Shown here piece after piece: positions 53,650 to 64,000 of a stretch of 64,000 nt of DNA. The translations under genes and the position numbers were made by a program. The first letter of the stretch is position 1; every line of letters begins with the position of its first letter. Source of the stretch: an uncultured delta proteobacterium. Its GTDB lineage: Bacteria > Desulfobacterota > Binatia > UBA9968. The notes beneath the pieces are model-generated. The model searched no databases. It saw nothing but the letters and a program-made list of their open reading frames with translations, and was not told where the DNA came from. The stretch is taken from positions 128,001 to 192,000 of the forward strand of contig CAWJZV010000046.1 in NCBI GenBank assembly GCA_963847445.1. The letters run 5' to 3'.

Positions 53650-55348
53650 ATGGCTTATGATCTCGTGATACGCGGTGGACGGGTGGTTGACGGTTCCGGC
53701 TTGCCGTCCTACGTGGCCGATGTCGGCGTCAAGGACGGCAAGGTCGTCGAAGTCGGCAAGCTTAAAGACGGCGCGGCGAAAACCATCGACGCCGGCGGTC
53801 TTGGCCGTGTCGCCCGGTTTCATCGATCATCATACCCATCTCGACGCGCAGATGCTTTGGGATCCCTACGGCACCTGCGAACCGCAGCATGGCGTGACCT
53901 CCGTGGTCATGGGCAACTGCGGCTTGTCCCTAGCGCCGGTTCGGCAGGGCATCGAAGACGCCATCGTCAAAAGCTTCGTCCGTGTCGAGGCGATTCCACG
54001 CATTGCGCTGGAGCAGGGCGTGAAATGGAACTGGCATAGCTACGGCGAATATCTCGACAACTTCGAAGGTAAGGTCGGCATCAATGTCGGCGGCCTCGTC
54101 GGTCACATCGCCGTGCGCCATCATGCCATGGGCGAGGAGGCGGTCGAACGGAAAGCCACCGGCACGGAAGTACAAAAGATGAAGGGCTTGGTGCTCGACG
54201 CCATGGAAGGCGGCGCCTTGGGCATGTCGACCAACCGCAACGACCGCCATATGCGCGAGGACGGCAAACCGGTGTCGAGCCGCTTGGCCGACGATGACGA
54301 ATTTTTCGCGCTCTGCGATGTCTTGGGCGAGCGCAATGCCGGGGTGATCGAAACTATCTTGGGCCGCAACAAGGTCGAGCATTTCGAGTGGTACCATGAA
54401 TTGGCCAAGCGTACGCAGCGGCCAATTCTGTGGCAGAGCCTGCAACATCGCTGGTCCGAACCCAATCTCTGGCGCGAACAGCTCGAAGCCGTCGAGCCGA
54501 TCTTCAAAGCGGGCTACCAGGCCTACGGGTTGACCCACACGGTGCCGCTGGTGCGCCACTTCACGTTGAAAGACTGCCAGATTTTCGACGAATTCCCGAC
54601 CTGGAAAAATTTGATGTTTCTGCCGGTGGAAGTGCGCAAGCAGGCGTTTGCCGATGCCGACACGCGGGTAAAGTTGCAGCATGAGATCGATAACCTGCGC
54701 TTGACCAACTACCACAAACGTTGGGATATCCCGAAAGTTGAAAAATGCTTCAAACCTGAGAATCAAAAATATGTCGGCAAGACCATCGCCGAGATGGCGG
54801 CCATGCGCAATCAAAAGCCAATTGACGCTTTCCTCGATCTCGCTCTCGACGAAGATTTGGAGACGATTTTTTGGAACGCCAACAACGGCGGCGACTGGAA
54901 CGCCATGGGTGAAATTCTGCGCAGCCCCTATGTGCTGATCGGCACTTCGGACGCCGGCGCCCATGTGCTGTTCGGCGCGGACTTCGGTTACGGCACGATT
55001 CTTTTGGGCCTGTGGGTGCGCGAGCGCCAAGTGATGTCGTTGGAGCAGGCGATTCATAAATTGACCTTCCATCCGGCGTCGATCTTCGGCTTGCAGGGGC
55101 GCGGTTTGTTGCGCCCGGGCTACGCCGCCGATATCACGATCTTCGATCCCGAGACGGTCAACGCCGAGGAGCCTACGTGGGCCAATGATTTCCCGGCCAA
55201 CACCAAACGCATGGTGCAGCAATCGGTCGGCATGCACTACACCATCGTCAACGGCACTGTGATCAATGATCACGGGCGCATGACCGGAGATCTGCCCGGC
55301 CAGGTGATGCGCGGGCCGCTCTACCGTCAACATAAGGCGGCCGCGTAA
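53650..55348 (+). CDS. Amidohydrolase (N-acyl-D-amino-acid deacylase family); frameshift near 53800
   Basis: YDLVIRGGRVVDGSG, PGFIDHHTHLD, GVTSVVMGNCG, GTSDAGAH, RGLLRPGYAADITIFDP. Confidence 0.9.
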
Positions 55349-55349
55349 T

Positions 55350-55679
55350 ATGGGAGTGAGTTATATTCCAGTTGCCCGCATCGGTGAGCTCACTCCCGGT
55401 GCCATGAAAGAGGTCGACCTCGGCGGACGCCAAGTGCTCTTGGCGTTCGCCGAGGGCAAGTATTATGCGTTCGCGCGCCAGTGTCCTCATGAAGAAGCGG
55501 ATTTGAAAGAGGCCGGGCAGCTGTTCAACGTCAATGGCCCGCAGATCCGCTGCAACAATCATAGCTATTGTTTCGATCTCAAAACCGGCGACTGCACGCT
55601 GCCCAAAGGCGGCGCGCCTCTGACCGTGCTGCCTACCGAAGAACGCGGCGAAGAAGTTTGCATTCGCCTCGAGTGGTGA
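55350..55679 (+). CDS. Rieske-type [2Fe-2S] ferredoxin
   Basis: CPH..CNNH ligands, FDLKTG; 109 aa. Confidence 0.85.
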   Translation: MGVSYIPVARIGELTPGAMKEVDLGGRQVLLAFAEGKYYAFARQCPHEEADLKEAGQLFNVNGPQIRCNNHSYCFDLKTGDCTLPKGGAPLTVLPTEERGEEVCIRLEW

Positions 55680-55788
55680 ATTCGCGATCATTCTTTGTCG
55701 ACACGACGTGTCGGGCAACTGGGAAAGTCTGCCAGCGTCAAGCTGTGCCGGTGCTTTCGGATCGTGCCACCGTCGGGTAACGCTATCG

Positions 55789-56689
55789 ATGTCAAAAATT
55801 AAATTGCGGCTCGCCACTCTTGTCCTGGCGCTCACGCTGGTTATGACTGGCATGAGCGCTTACTTCGGGCAGCTTTCGGCCCAGGAGAAAAGCTTTCTCT
55901 GGAAGGCTCCGGGCAGCGCAAACACGGTTTACATTCTCGGGTCGATTCATCTGCTTAAACGGGAAAGCGCAACTTTGAAACCGATCGTTCATGAGGTTTT
56001 CGACAAAAGCAAACGTTTGGTGTTGGAAATCGATCTGCTCAAGGAGGGGCCGGATAAATTTCAACAACTGTTGATGCAGAAAGGCGTCAATCTCGACGGT
56101 AAGATGTTGCCGCAGCAGTTGTCGCCGGAGACTTACGAATTGGCCGCGCAAAAGGCCGGCGAGCTGGGCATCGATATCAAGCTTTTAGCGCCACTCAAAC
56201 CTTGGGTGGTCGCGCTGACGATGGTGGTGATGCAGCTGCAGAAGCTCGGCTATGATCCGAGTCTGGGCATCGATCACCAACTGGCGCAGCGCGCCAAGCA
56301 AGAGAACAAGCCGGTGTCCGGTTTGGAAACCGCCGAGTTCCAAATGGATCTTTTCAACGAATTGACGGCGCCGCAGCAGGATATGTTCCTGCGCCAGTCG
56401 TTGCTGGAAATGGACCAATTGGAGAAAGCGGTGGACGACATGGTCGGCGCGTGGAACAGCGGCGATGTCGCTCGCGGCGAGCGGCTATTTTTGGCAAGCA
56501 TGCGCGGCTATCCTGAGCTGAAAGACAAAGTTCTCGATGCGCGCAACCGCCGCTGGATACCGCAGATCGAACAGCTCTTGAAGCAAAACCAGGATGTCCT
56601 CGTGGTGGTCGGCACGGCGCATTTGGTCGGCAAGTCCGGCGTCATCGAGTTACTCAAAGATTCGCGGCTACAAATTGGAGCAAATGTAA
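55789..56689 (+). CDS. TraB/GumN (TIKI-like) family protein
   Basis: FLWK..VYILGSIH, GIDHQL, GLETAEFQ, RNRRWIPQI, VVVGTAHLVG. Confidence 0.88.
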
Positions 56690-57184
56690 ATGGCGGGACA
56701 AAAACTTGAGCTCAAATCGATCCGGGTCGCGGACTGGATGACCGAGAACGTGCTGGCCGTGGAGACTTACGATAGCATCGCCATCGCCCGGCAGGTCATG
56801 GCCAAACACCGGGTCAATCAACTGCCGGTGCTCGACAACGATAATTTAGTCGGCATCGTCACTGACCGGGATCTTCGCGATGCCTATCCGACGAGCATGA
56901 TGATCGATCAGACCAAAGCGATCGACAGCTTTGCCGAAAAGGTTACCGTCGAAGAAGTCATGACCCACGATATCCTGATCGTCCGCCCCGAAATGCCGCT
57001 GGCGACGGCGGTGGCCTTGTTGCGGAAACACCGCATCGGCTCTTTGCCAGTGGTGCAAAACAAGAGTCTTGTCGGCATCATCACGCGCAGTGATATTCTC
57101 GATTTCGTCCTCGACGGCGGGCCAAAGCGCAAGCGGTTGTTAGGCAAAACTCCAGCCGCCAAAGCCAAGAAAAAGCGTAAATAA
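56690..57184 (+). CDS. CBS pair protein (AcuB-like)
   Basis: VADWMT, HRVNQLPV..LVGIVTDRDL, HRIGSLPV..LVGIITRSD. Confidence 0.88.
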   Translation: MAGQKLELKSIRVADWMTENVLAVETYDSIAIARQVMAKHRVNQLPVLDNDNLVGIVTDRDLRDAYPTSMMIDQTKAIDSFAEKVTVEEVMTHDILIVRPEMPLATAVALLRKHRIGSLPVVQNKSLVGIITRSDILDFVLDGGPKRKRLLGKTPAAKAKKKRK

Positions 57185-57226
57185 TTGCGATTTTCGCGTT
57201 GCTGAAGTTATTCAGGGGAGAGGGAT

Positions 57227-57721
57227 ATGCCGTCATTCGATATCGTCAGCCGCATCGACATGCAGGAGGTCGACAATGCGGTCAACATTACCAGTAAAAC
57301 GATTTTAACCCGCTACGATTTTCGCGGTTCAAAAACCGAAATTTCCCTCGACAAGAAGGAAAAGAAACTCCTCGTCACCACGGAAGACGACATGAAAATG
57401 CGGGCGATCCAGGACACCTTGATCGAGAACCTGGTCAAGCGCAAAGTTGACCGCCGCTGTCTGGACCCCAAAACTACCGAGCCAGCGGCCTACGGCATGA
57501 TCAAACGTGAAATCGCGATCAAGGACGGCGTCGATTCGGACAACGCCCGCGCCATCGTGAAACTGATCAAGGACAAGAAACTCAAGGTCCAAGCCGCGAT
57601 GCAGGATAACCAGGTGCGCGTGACCGGGAAAAAAATCGACGATCTCCAGGAAGTGATGCAGATGCTGCGCGGTTCGGATATTCCCATCCCATTGCAGTTT
57701 GTCAATATGCAGAGCCGCTGA
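57227..57721 (+). CDS. yajQ: YajQ family nucleotide (c-di-GMP)-binding protein
   Basis: MPSFDIVS..EVDNAV..RYDFRGS, KLKVQA..QVRVTGKKIDDLQ, PLQFVN. Confidence 0.93.
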   Translation: MPSFDIVSRIDMQEVDNAVNITSKTILTRYDFRGSKTEISLDKKEKKLLVTTEDDMKMRAIQDTLIENLVKRKVDRRCLDPKTTEPAAYGMIKREIAIKDGVDSDNARAIVKLIKDKKLKVQAAMQDNQVRVTGKKIDDLQEVMQMLRGSDIPIPLQFVNMQSR

Positions 57722-57748
57722 GAAATATTAAATTGACAGGAGCCGGAC

Positions 57749-58144
57749 ATGGAAAAGATCAAGAAAAACGATGATGAGTGGAAAAAACAGTTGAGCGACG
57801 AGCAATTCGAGGTCGCGCGCAAGAAGGGCACCGAGCGCGCCTTCACCGGCGCCTACTGGGACAACCATGAAAAGGGCACTTACCGGTGCATTTGCTGCGG
57901 CAACGAGCTATTCAGTTCAGACACCAAGTTCGACTCCGGCACTGGTTGGCCGAGCTTCTATGCCCCAGTGGCGGCCGACAACGTCGAAACCGAGACTGAT
58001 AACAGCTACGGCATGCGCCGGGTCGAAGCCCTGTGCAGCAAGTGCGACGCCCATTTGGGCCATGTCTTCGACGATGGGCCCAAGCCGACGAATCTGCGTT
58101 ATTGCATCAATTCGGCGTCGCTGAAGTTCGAAAAAGATAAGTAG
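57749..58144 (+). CDS. msrB: Peptide-methionine (R)-S-oxide reductase
   Basis: [39 protein letters not shown]. Confidence 0.96.
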   Translation: MEKIKKNDDEWKKQLSDEQFEVARKKGTERAFTGAYWDNHEKGTYRCICCGNELFSSDTKFDSGTGWPSFYAPVAADNVETETDNSYGMRRVEALCSKCDAHLGHVFDDGPKPTNLRYCINSASLKFEKDK

Positions 58145-58145
58145 C

Positions 58146-58602
58146 GTGAGCGCGACTGCCTTTCAGGACCAAGGTTCGGTGCATTACTGCCACGGCTGCG
58201 GTTCGGCAAATGAAAAGGGGCTTGCAGCTCAAGAGTTTCTGGAACGGCGAAGAAGCGATTGCCACTTGGCGCGCCCAGCCGCATCATTGCGGCGGCACGC
58301 GGGAAAATTTAAACGGCGGCATCATCGCGTCATTGATCGATTGCCACAGTTTGAACCTCGCCATTGCCCATGCTTACCGCGCCGAGGGGCGCGCCATCGG
58401 TAGCGCACCGCGTATCGGCTATGTGACGGCGAATTTGAATGTTTCATACCGCAAGCCGACGCCGCTGCAAGAACCCATCGAGCTGCGCGCGTGGATTCGC
58501 CGGCTTGAAGGACGCAAGGCCTGGGTCGATTGCACGTTGAGCGCCGCGGGTGTCATTTGCGCCACCGGAGAAGTGCTCGGCGTCAGGGTGGAGTGGAACT
58601 AA
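58146..58602 (+). CDS. PaaI/hotdog-fold thioesterase; frameshift near 58220
   Basis: YCHGCGSANEKGL, LNGGIIASLIDCH, YVTANLNVSYRKPTP. Confidence 0.85.
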
Positions 58603-58611
58603 ATTAAATGA

Positions 58612-58702
58612 GTTCAAGCCGTTCAAAAAGTTCAAATCGTTCAAACCGTCTCGGAGGTTATCTGTCGATTTGAACGGCTTTAACGATTTGAACGATTTGA
58701 AC
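58612..58702. repeat. Palindromic element of four plus four 9-nt units (GTTCAANNN / NNNTTGAAC)
   Basis: GTTCAAGCC GTTCAAAAA GTTCAAATC GTTCAAACC, spacer, GATTTGAAC GGCTTTAAC GATTTGAAC GATTTGAAC. Confidence 0.85.
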
Positions 58703-58715
58703 CTTTAGGAAGAAA

Positions 58716-59661
58716 ATGGAATACACGACACTTGGTAAAACCGGATTGAAAGTGAGCGTCGCCGGACTCGGCTGCGGCGGGCCGAGCCGACTCGGCATGC
58801 GCGGCGATGCCGGTGCGGAAGATCACGCGGTTCGCCTGATCAAGCAGGCGCTCGATCTCGGTGTCAATTTTCTCGATACGGCGCAGAATTACGGCACCGA
58901 GGGGGTTGTCGGCAAAGCGATCGCCGGCACGCCGCGCGACCGCGTGGTGATATCGACGAAAAAAACTTTGCCAACGCCCGACGAGGCAAATCCGGAAGCG
59001 GCAATCTTCGAAGGGGTGGAGAAGAGTTTAAGGCTACTCGGCACCGACTACATCGACATCTATCATCTGCACGGCGTCGAGCCCAAGGACTACGAGTTCG
59101 CGCAAAGCCGCCTGATCGCGCCGATGCGGCGGTTGAAAGAGCAGGGCAAGATTCGCTTCATCGGTGTCACTGAAGGGTTTGTCGTCGACACCACGCATAC
59201 GATGTTGGCGGACAGTCTCAATAAAAATCTCTGGGACGTGGTGATGGTCGGCTTCAGTTTGCTCAATCCGTCGGCGCGCAAGAACGTTTTGCCGCTGACC
59301 CTGAAAAACGGCGTCGGCGTGCTCGATATGTTCGCGGTGCGGCGCGCGCTCAGTCAGCCCCAGCGGCTGAAAGAAATGTGTGCCGAGTTGGTCGAGAAGC
59401 GCGCCATCGCGAAAGGACGCGCTGGATCTCGACGCTCCGCTTGGTTTCCTGCTCAAAGAAACCGACGCGGCGACCTTGCCGGAAGCGGCGTATCGTTTCT
59501 GTCGCCATGAACGCGGTGTCGACGTCGTCCTCACCGGCACCGGCAACCCCGACCATTTGCAGGAGAACATCGCCGCAATCTTGAAACCGCCGCTGCCGCA
59601 AGCGTCGCTCGATAAACTCGAGAAGTTGTTCGGTGGTTTGGCTTCTCTAACCGGCAATTAG
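58716..59661 (+). CDS. Aldo/keto reductase; frameshift near 59410
   Basis: LGKTGLKVS, GVNFLDTAQNYG, SLRLLGTDYIDIYHLH, GKIRFIGV, GTGNPDHLQENI. Confidence 0.9.
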
Positions 59662-59694
59662 TTATCGCAATCCGCGTTGAGTGATCGGTGCTTG

Positions 59695-59726
59695 CCCTCG
59701 CCCTCTCTCACCGTTGCGGGCGAGGG
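59695..59726. repeat. CCCTCGCCC..GGGCGAGGG hairpin between convergent genes
   Basis: CCCTCGCCC-TCTCTCACCGTTGC-GGGCGAGGG; same style as 39185-39215. Confidence 0.6.
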
Positions 59727-59767
59727 AACCTGAAAGCAAGGTTCCGAATTGAGATGGACGCACGAGG

Positions 59768-60879
59768 TTAGTTTGTCTGGAACAACTTCGAATACTGTTC
59801 CCAGGGTGCCGGGGCGATGCGCGCCGTCTGCAAATTTTCCTCGACATGTTTCTGCTGTTTCATGCCGACGAGCGCCGTGGTCACGCCTGGGGTCGAGCGG
59901 ACGAATTGCAGCGCGCGCTGGGCGTCGGTGGCGAGACCGGTGAAAGTCTCAGCTATAATCGGTGGCAGATCGTGGCTGAGCTGGCCTTGCAGCACCGAAG
60001 CGCTGCACATCACCGTGATGCCGAGATCCTGGGCGACTTCGAGCACGGTATGGCGATGGCCATGGGCTGGCTGATTGGCATTGGACAACGCTTCGCTCAT
60101 GCCGAGATTGAGCGGCAGTTGAATGACTTTGAAATGATGATTCTTGCCGCCGGCTTTTTCGGCCAACTCGACTGACATGCGTCAGGGATAGATAATCTTT
60201 GGCGTCGGTATCATTGCGAAAGCAGTTCCAGGTCGCCATGCCGTACATCTGAATCTTGCCGGCATCCACGGCGCCTTCCAATGCTTCGAATGCATTGACG
60301 ACGCGACTTTCGAATTCCTCGGCGCTCACTTTGCCGAGCTGAGTTTCCGGGTTATGCAGATAGTAGATATCGATGGTTTCGACGTCGAGATTGCGCAAGC
60401 TGCATTCCAGTTGATTGAGCAAATATTTTGGCGTCATGCAGTGGCAGCCGCTGACGATCTCGGCGGAACTAGCGAGGCCGGTACTGATGAAAGTCTTCTC
60501 GATGTATTCGCGCGGATTCTTGGGTGGCGTGCCGTCGTAGGGGATGAAGCCGCCTTTGCTGGCGACGACGATTTCGTCGCGGTTGTAACCGCGGCTGGAC
60601 AACTCTTTTAGCGCCGTGCCAATGGACCGTTCGCTGCGCTGGAGCCGGTAATTGATGGCGCTGTCGACGACGTTGCATCCGGCGCCGACCGCCGTGACCA
60701 CCGCTTGGTGATATTGCTGATCGGTGGCGTCGTCGTAGTTGCCCAAATAGGTTCCCAGGCCGATGGACGATAGCCAGAGAGTTTGCGCCTGGCGAAAATG
60801 GCTTTCCGGAAGTTTGCTCGCTAAAGCGCTTGCGGTAGCGTTCGGTGCCGTCGAGAGTCGCGTGTCCCGGTAAGTTCAT
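59768..60879 (-). CDS. Aldo/keto reductase; frameshifted
   Basis: GHATLDGTERY, SIGLGTYLG, VDSAINYR, IDIYYLHNPE, ALQFVRSTPGV..LVGMK. Confidence 0.88.
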
Positions 60880-61359
60880 TTTGCCTTCATTCCTTTAGCG
60901 CCGGCGCCGCTAAATAGCAGACCGTCGAGGCCGAGCGTGCGGCCGGGACCGGCGAGGACGAAAATCGCCAACGCGATGATGAAGATCTGTTGCTGAGCCA
61001 GCATGGCGCCGCCGCGCGCCGTGCCGGGGCCGAGATAATAGTTTGCCAGCATAAACAGGCCGACCAGCGCGCTCAAGCGCGTGAACAAACCCAAGAGCAG
61101 ACCAGACACCCACGGCGATCTCACCGATCATGATCAGATAGCCGAATAGCTCACTATGCGGCACGACATATCTTTGCAGAAACCCTTTGTACCAGGGATA
61201 GAGATCGAGACTGGCGATGTCGCCGATCTGCCGGCCGATCCAATCGCCCTTGGGAAAGTTGCGCTGAAATTTGCCGATCCCCTGAAAGAACAGATAGTAA
61301 CCGACGTAGATGCGCAGGACGGCAAGATACCAGAGGTAAGTTCGTTCTTTGAGATTCAT
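60876..61359 (-). CDS. DoxX family membrane protein; frameshift near 61105
   Basis: LRIYVGYYLFFQGIGK, GEIAVG..LLLGLFTRL, AGPGRTLGLDG. Confidence 0.8.
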
Positions 61360-61429
61360 CGCACCCCTCGAATCGCCAACGATCCGCACCGACATGAAAA
61401 ATACCGCGGCGATGGGGAAATCGCCGAGA

Positions 61430-62198
61430 TTAGAACGCATCTTTCATTTTTCGCACCGCGGCGAAAACCGACACCGGATCGCCACGGCTGGCGGGGGCAA
61501 CGGCTTTGACGCTGGCTTGGATTTCCTTGCTGTCCCAGCGCAAAAATGGATTGGTCAGCTTTTCCTCTTCCATGGTTGACGGCACCGTCGAGGTGCCGCG
61601 CGCGCGCAGACCTTGGACGCGTTCGAAGCGCGCCGCCAGCTTGGGATTTTTCCCTTCCACCGTCATGGCGAAGCGCAGATTGCTTTCGGTATATTCATGG
61701 CCGCAATAGACTTTGGTGTTATCGGGTAGGGCCATGAGTTTTTTCAGCGAGCCGTGCATTTGTTCCGGTGTGCCTTCGAAGAGCCGGCCGCAACCGGCGG
61801 TGAACAGCGTGTCGCCGCAAAATAGATTGTTCTCGAACAGGTAGGCGACATGGCCGGTGGTGTGGCCAGGAATGAAGAACACGCTTCCCTTGAGCTCACC
61901 GATTTGGACCGTGGCGCCGTCGTCGACGCCGTCGGTCATGCCATAGATTCGCTCCTGATCGCTTTTGTGGCGCGTATACTTTCAGCTTGTGGATCGCCAG
62001 CAGGCCTTGATTGCCGCCGGTGTGATCGCGATGGTGGTGCGTATTCAAGATCGCCACCGGCTCGACGTTTTCCTGTTCGAGGCGGCGCAGCACCGGATCG
62101 GCTTCCGACGGGTCGACGATGGCGGCTTGGTTGGTCTTTTCGCAGACAAGCAGATAGCCGTAGTTATCACGCAAGAGCGGGATTTGATGTATCTTCAT
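61430..62198 (-). CDS. gloB: Hydroxyacylglutathione hydrolase (glyoxalase II); frameshift near 61960
   Basis: DNYGYL, THHHRDHTGG, PGHTTGH, FCGDTLFTAGCGRLFEG, CGHEYT, TNPFLR, RKMKD. Confidence 0.93.
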
Positions 62199-62472
62199 TA
62201 ATGTTTCCAAAGGACGTATGTGGGGTGAACTGACTACAGATACTAGTTGGAAGTGCGATTTTTTCAAACCCGGGAGGCTTATCTATCCGACGACGGCTTC
62301 GGGGCGGCACAAGCAGAATTTTGTCCAGCCGGTTCTCGTATTTGATTGTCGGCAAGCATCCTTCCACCCTGACATATTGTTGCTGTTAGACCCTGTCAGA
62401 ATCACTTTGCTACAACAACAGCGATAAATCCACTTGACCCTGCGCTCTCAGGTTCTCTATAGTGCCGGCATT

Positions 62473-63651
62473 ATGATACGCGCCGGAGTCGGACAATCGA
62501 GTAACCCTTCTACTGCACAAGCGGTCAGCGAAGCGGCCCAGCAAGCGATGGCGCAGGCGGGCATCAGCCGGGCCGACGGTGGAATAATATTTTTCACCGC
62601 CGATCACGCGGCTCATGGCCAAGAACTTGTCGCCACCCTTGCGCGGGTCATCGGCACCGACTGCGTCACCGGATCGAGCGGCGCCGGAGTCTTGACCGGC
62701 GCCGGCGAGATCGAAGGCGACCATGGCGTTGCCGTGATGGTGTTTGCCACCGATCGATTTTTTGCCCGGCCATTTATCTTCGAACCGCTGCGCGGCAATG
62801 AAGCGAAGCTAGGCGAAACCTTTGGCGGCTTTCTCGCCAAGGCGCAGGATGAGAAATCGCTGATGCTGCTGTTTCCCGACACCTACAACGGCAACGCGCA
62901 AAATCTCTTGCAGGCGATCGCAGCGCGCGCCGGTTTTCATCCGATCGCCGGCGCCGGCTCGTCGGAGAATGGCGCGGCCGGGGCGACCTATCAGTTGTGC
63001 GGCGACAAGCTGGCCAGCAACTCGCTCGCCGGTATGTATATCTCCGGCGCTCTCGAGACCCACATCGACATCACGCAAGGCTGCCAGCCGATCACCCAGC
63101 CGATGACGATCACCAAGGCGGAAAACAATTTGATCCATGAGATCGACAACCAGCCGGCGTTGGCCGTGTTCGCCAAGCTGCTCAAGGGGCCGTTGGCCGA
63201 AGACCTGCGGCGCGCGTTGACGGTCCTGTTCGTCGGCCTGCCGGCGGATCGCAGCGAAAACAGCGTCGCCGCGGGAAAATATCTGGTGCGAAATATTATC
63301 GGCTTGGATCCGGACGCAGGCATCGTCGCGGTGGCCGACCAGGTGAGCGAAGGGCAGTCGATGATTTTCACCATGCGCGACGGCCAGCGCGCCCGTGACG
63401 ACTTGCAAGAGATGTTACAGCGCCAATTAGCGCGCTTGAACGGCAAAAAGCCCGCCTTCGGTTGCTACTTCAACTGCTGTGCCCGCGGCAGCTCGCTGTA
63501 CGGCATCCCCGGCATCGACGCCGCTTACATCAAACAGGTGCTCGGCGACTTCCCGTTGATCGGCATGTTCGGCGGTTATGAGCTCGCGCCGCTCGGGCGG
63601 GCCAATCATCTGTTCGCTTACACTGGGGTGCTCGTTTTGGTTACGGAATAA
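62473..63651 (+). CDS. FIST signal-transduction domain protein
   Basis: GSSGAGV..GEIE, TQGCQPI, IHEIDNQPAL, YLVRNIIGLD, FNCCARG, GMFGGYE. Confidence 0.88.
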   Translation: MIRAGVGQSSNPSTAQAVSEAAQQAMAQAGISRADGGIIFFTADHAAHGQELVATLARVIGTDCVTGSSGAGVLTGAGEIEGDHGVAVMVFATDRFFARPFIFEPLRGNEAKLGETFGGFLAKAQDEKSLMLLFPDTYNGNAQNLLQAIAARAGFHPIAGAGSSENGAAGATYQLCGDKLASNSLAGMYISGALETHIDITQGCQPITQPMTITKAENNLIHEIDNQPALAVFAKLLKGPLAEDLRRALTVLFVGLPADRSENSVAAGKYLVRNIIGLDPDAGIVAVADQVSEGQSMIFTMRDGQRARDDLQEMLQRQLARLNGKKPAFGCYFNCCARGSSLYGIPGIDAAYIKQVLGDFPLIGMFGGYELAPLGRANHLFAYTGVLVLVTE

Positions 63652-63664
63652 CCTTCGGCGCTGC

Positions 63665-63773
63665 AATCCAATTTTAGATTTTCGATTTTGGATTGATCGG
63701 AATAGGACGCTAAGTCTCCGATCAGGCGGTCTTGCCCGAATTTGAAACGCTCCGAAATCCAAAATCCAAAATC
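63665..63773. repeat. Palindromic element with 7-nt periodic arms (ATTTTGG / CCAAAAT)
   Basis: ATTTTAG ATTTTCG ATTTTGG ATT and AATCCAAAATCCAAAATC; a related half-site GATTTTGGATTTTCGAT lies near 8719. Confidence 0.75.
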
Positions 63774-63794
63774 GGCGGTGGTGTGGGGCTGCGG

Positions 63795-64000
63795 TTAGCG
63801 GCCGACGCGTTTTTTCTTGTTGTTGAGATAGTCGACCATGATGTAGTTGCCCATCTGATCCGGGGTGGTGTAGAAGACCCGGCCGATGTTCAAGCGCGAT
63901 AGTTGGTCGACGAAGCCCTGGCGGTAGTAATCGGCGCCGAGCATGAAGGTGTTGATCTTGATGCCGCTCTGGGTGCAGCGTTTCACTTCTTTCAAGGTCT
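63795..64000 (-). CDS. C-terminal end of a VWA-domain protein (continues beyond the window)
   Basis: TLKEVKRCTQSGIKINTFML..FVDQLSRLNIGRVFYTTPDQMGNYIMVDYL. Confidence 0.7.
   Translation of the reverse strand, partial: TLKEVKRCTQSGIKINTFMLGADYYRQGFVDQLSRLNIGRVFYTTPDQMGNYIMVDYLNNKKKRVGR

Noticed and set aside
53930-55333. Long antisense ORFs (also 5185..6114, 8546..9460, 27127..28080, 30652..31533)
   Set aside because: These are shadow frames of well-supported genes in GC-rich DNA and show no recognisable motifs.
55789-56689. TraB as a conjugation gene
   Set aside because: It belongs to the TraB/GumN/TIKI family and has no type IV secretion or relaxase neighbours.
58612-58702. Periodic repeats as a CRISPR array
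   Set aside because: Units are 9 nt with no unique spacers, the arrangement is inverted, and there are no cas genes.

Overview
A GC-rich bacterial chromosomal segment. The gene repertoire (orphan NMT1/SsuA-type binding proteins, LLM oxidoreductase, amidohydrolase, split gcvP, DUF1844-DegP-PBP1B-TsaD-RsmA-MutM) suggests a deltaproteobacteria-like lineage such as Candidatus Binatia; this is inference. Single-base indels split many genes, including essential ones (tsaD, folD), which points to long-read consensus errors rather than mass pseudogenisation. Bases 1-11.5 kb look accessory: co-oriented genes with a SAM-methyltransferase paralog array and an amidase joined to a methyltransferase 5' stub. 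The rest is mostly housekeeping and metabolic genes: a ring-cleavage catabolic cluster, the folD-gcv operon, an ECF sigma operon, a MoeB/sulfur-carrier/CysM/NIL operon with a truncated threonine synthase, and redox and detoxification genes. The strongest hidden signal is a glutaredoxin-like gene missing from the ORF track (47804-48037) with an in-frame TGA in a UxxC motif and a SECIS-like hairpin, i.e. a probable selenoprotein. Several families of palindromic intergenic elements with internally periodic arms recur. I found no rRNA, tRNA, CRISPR array, integrase or transposase.
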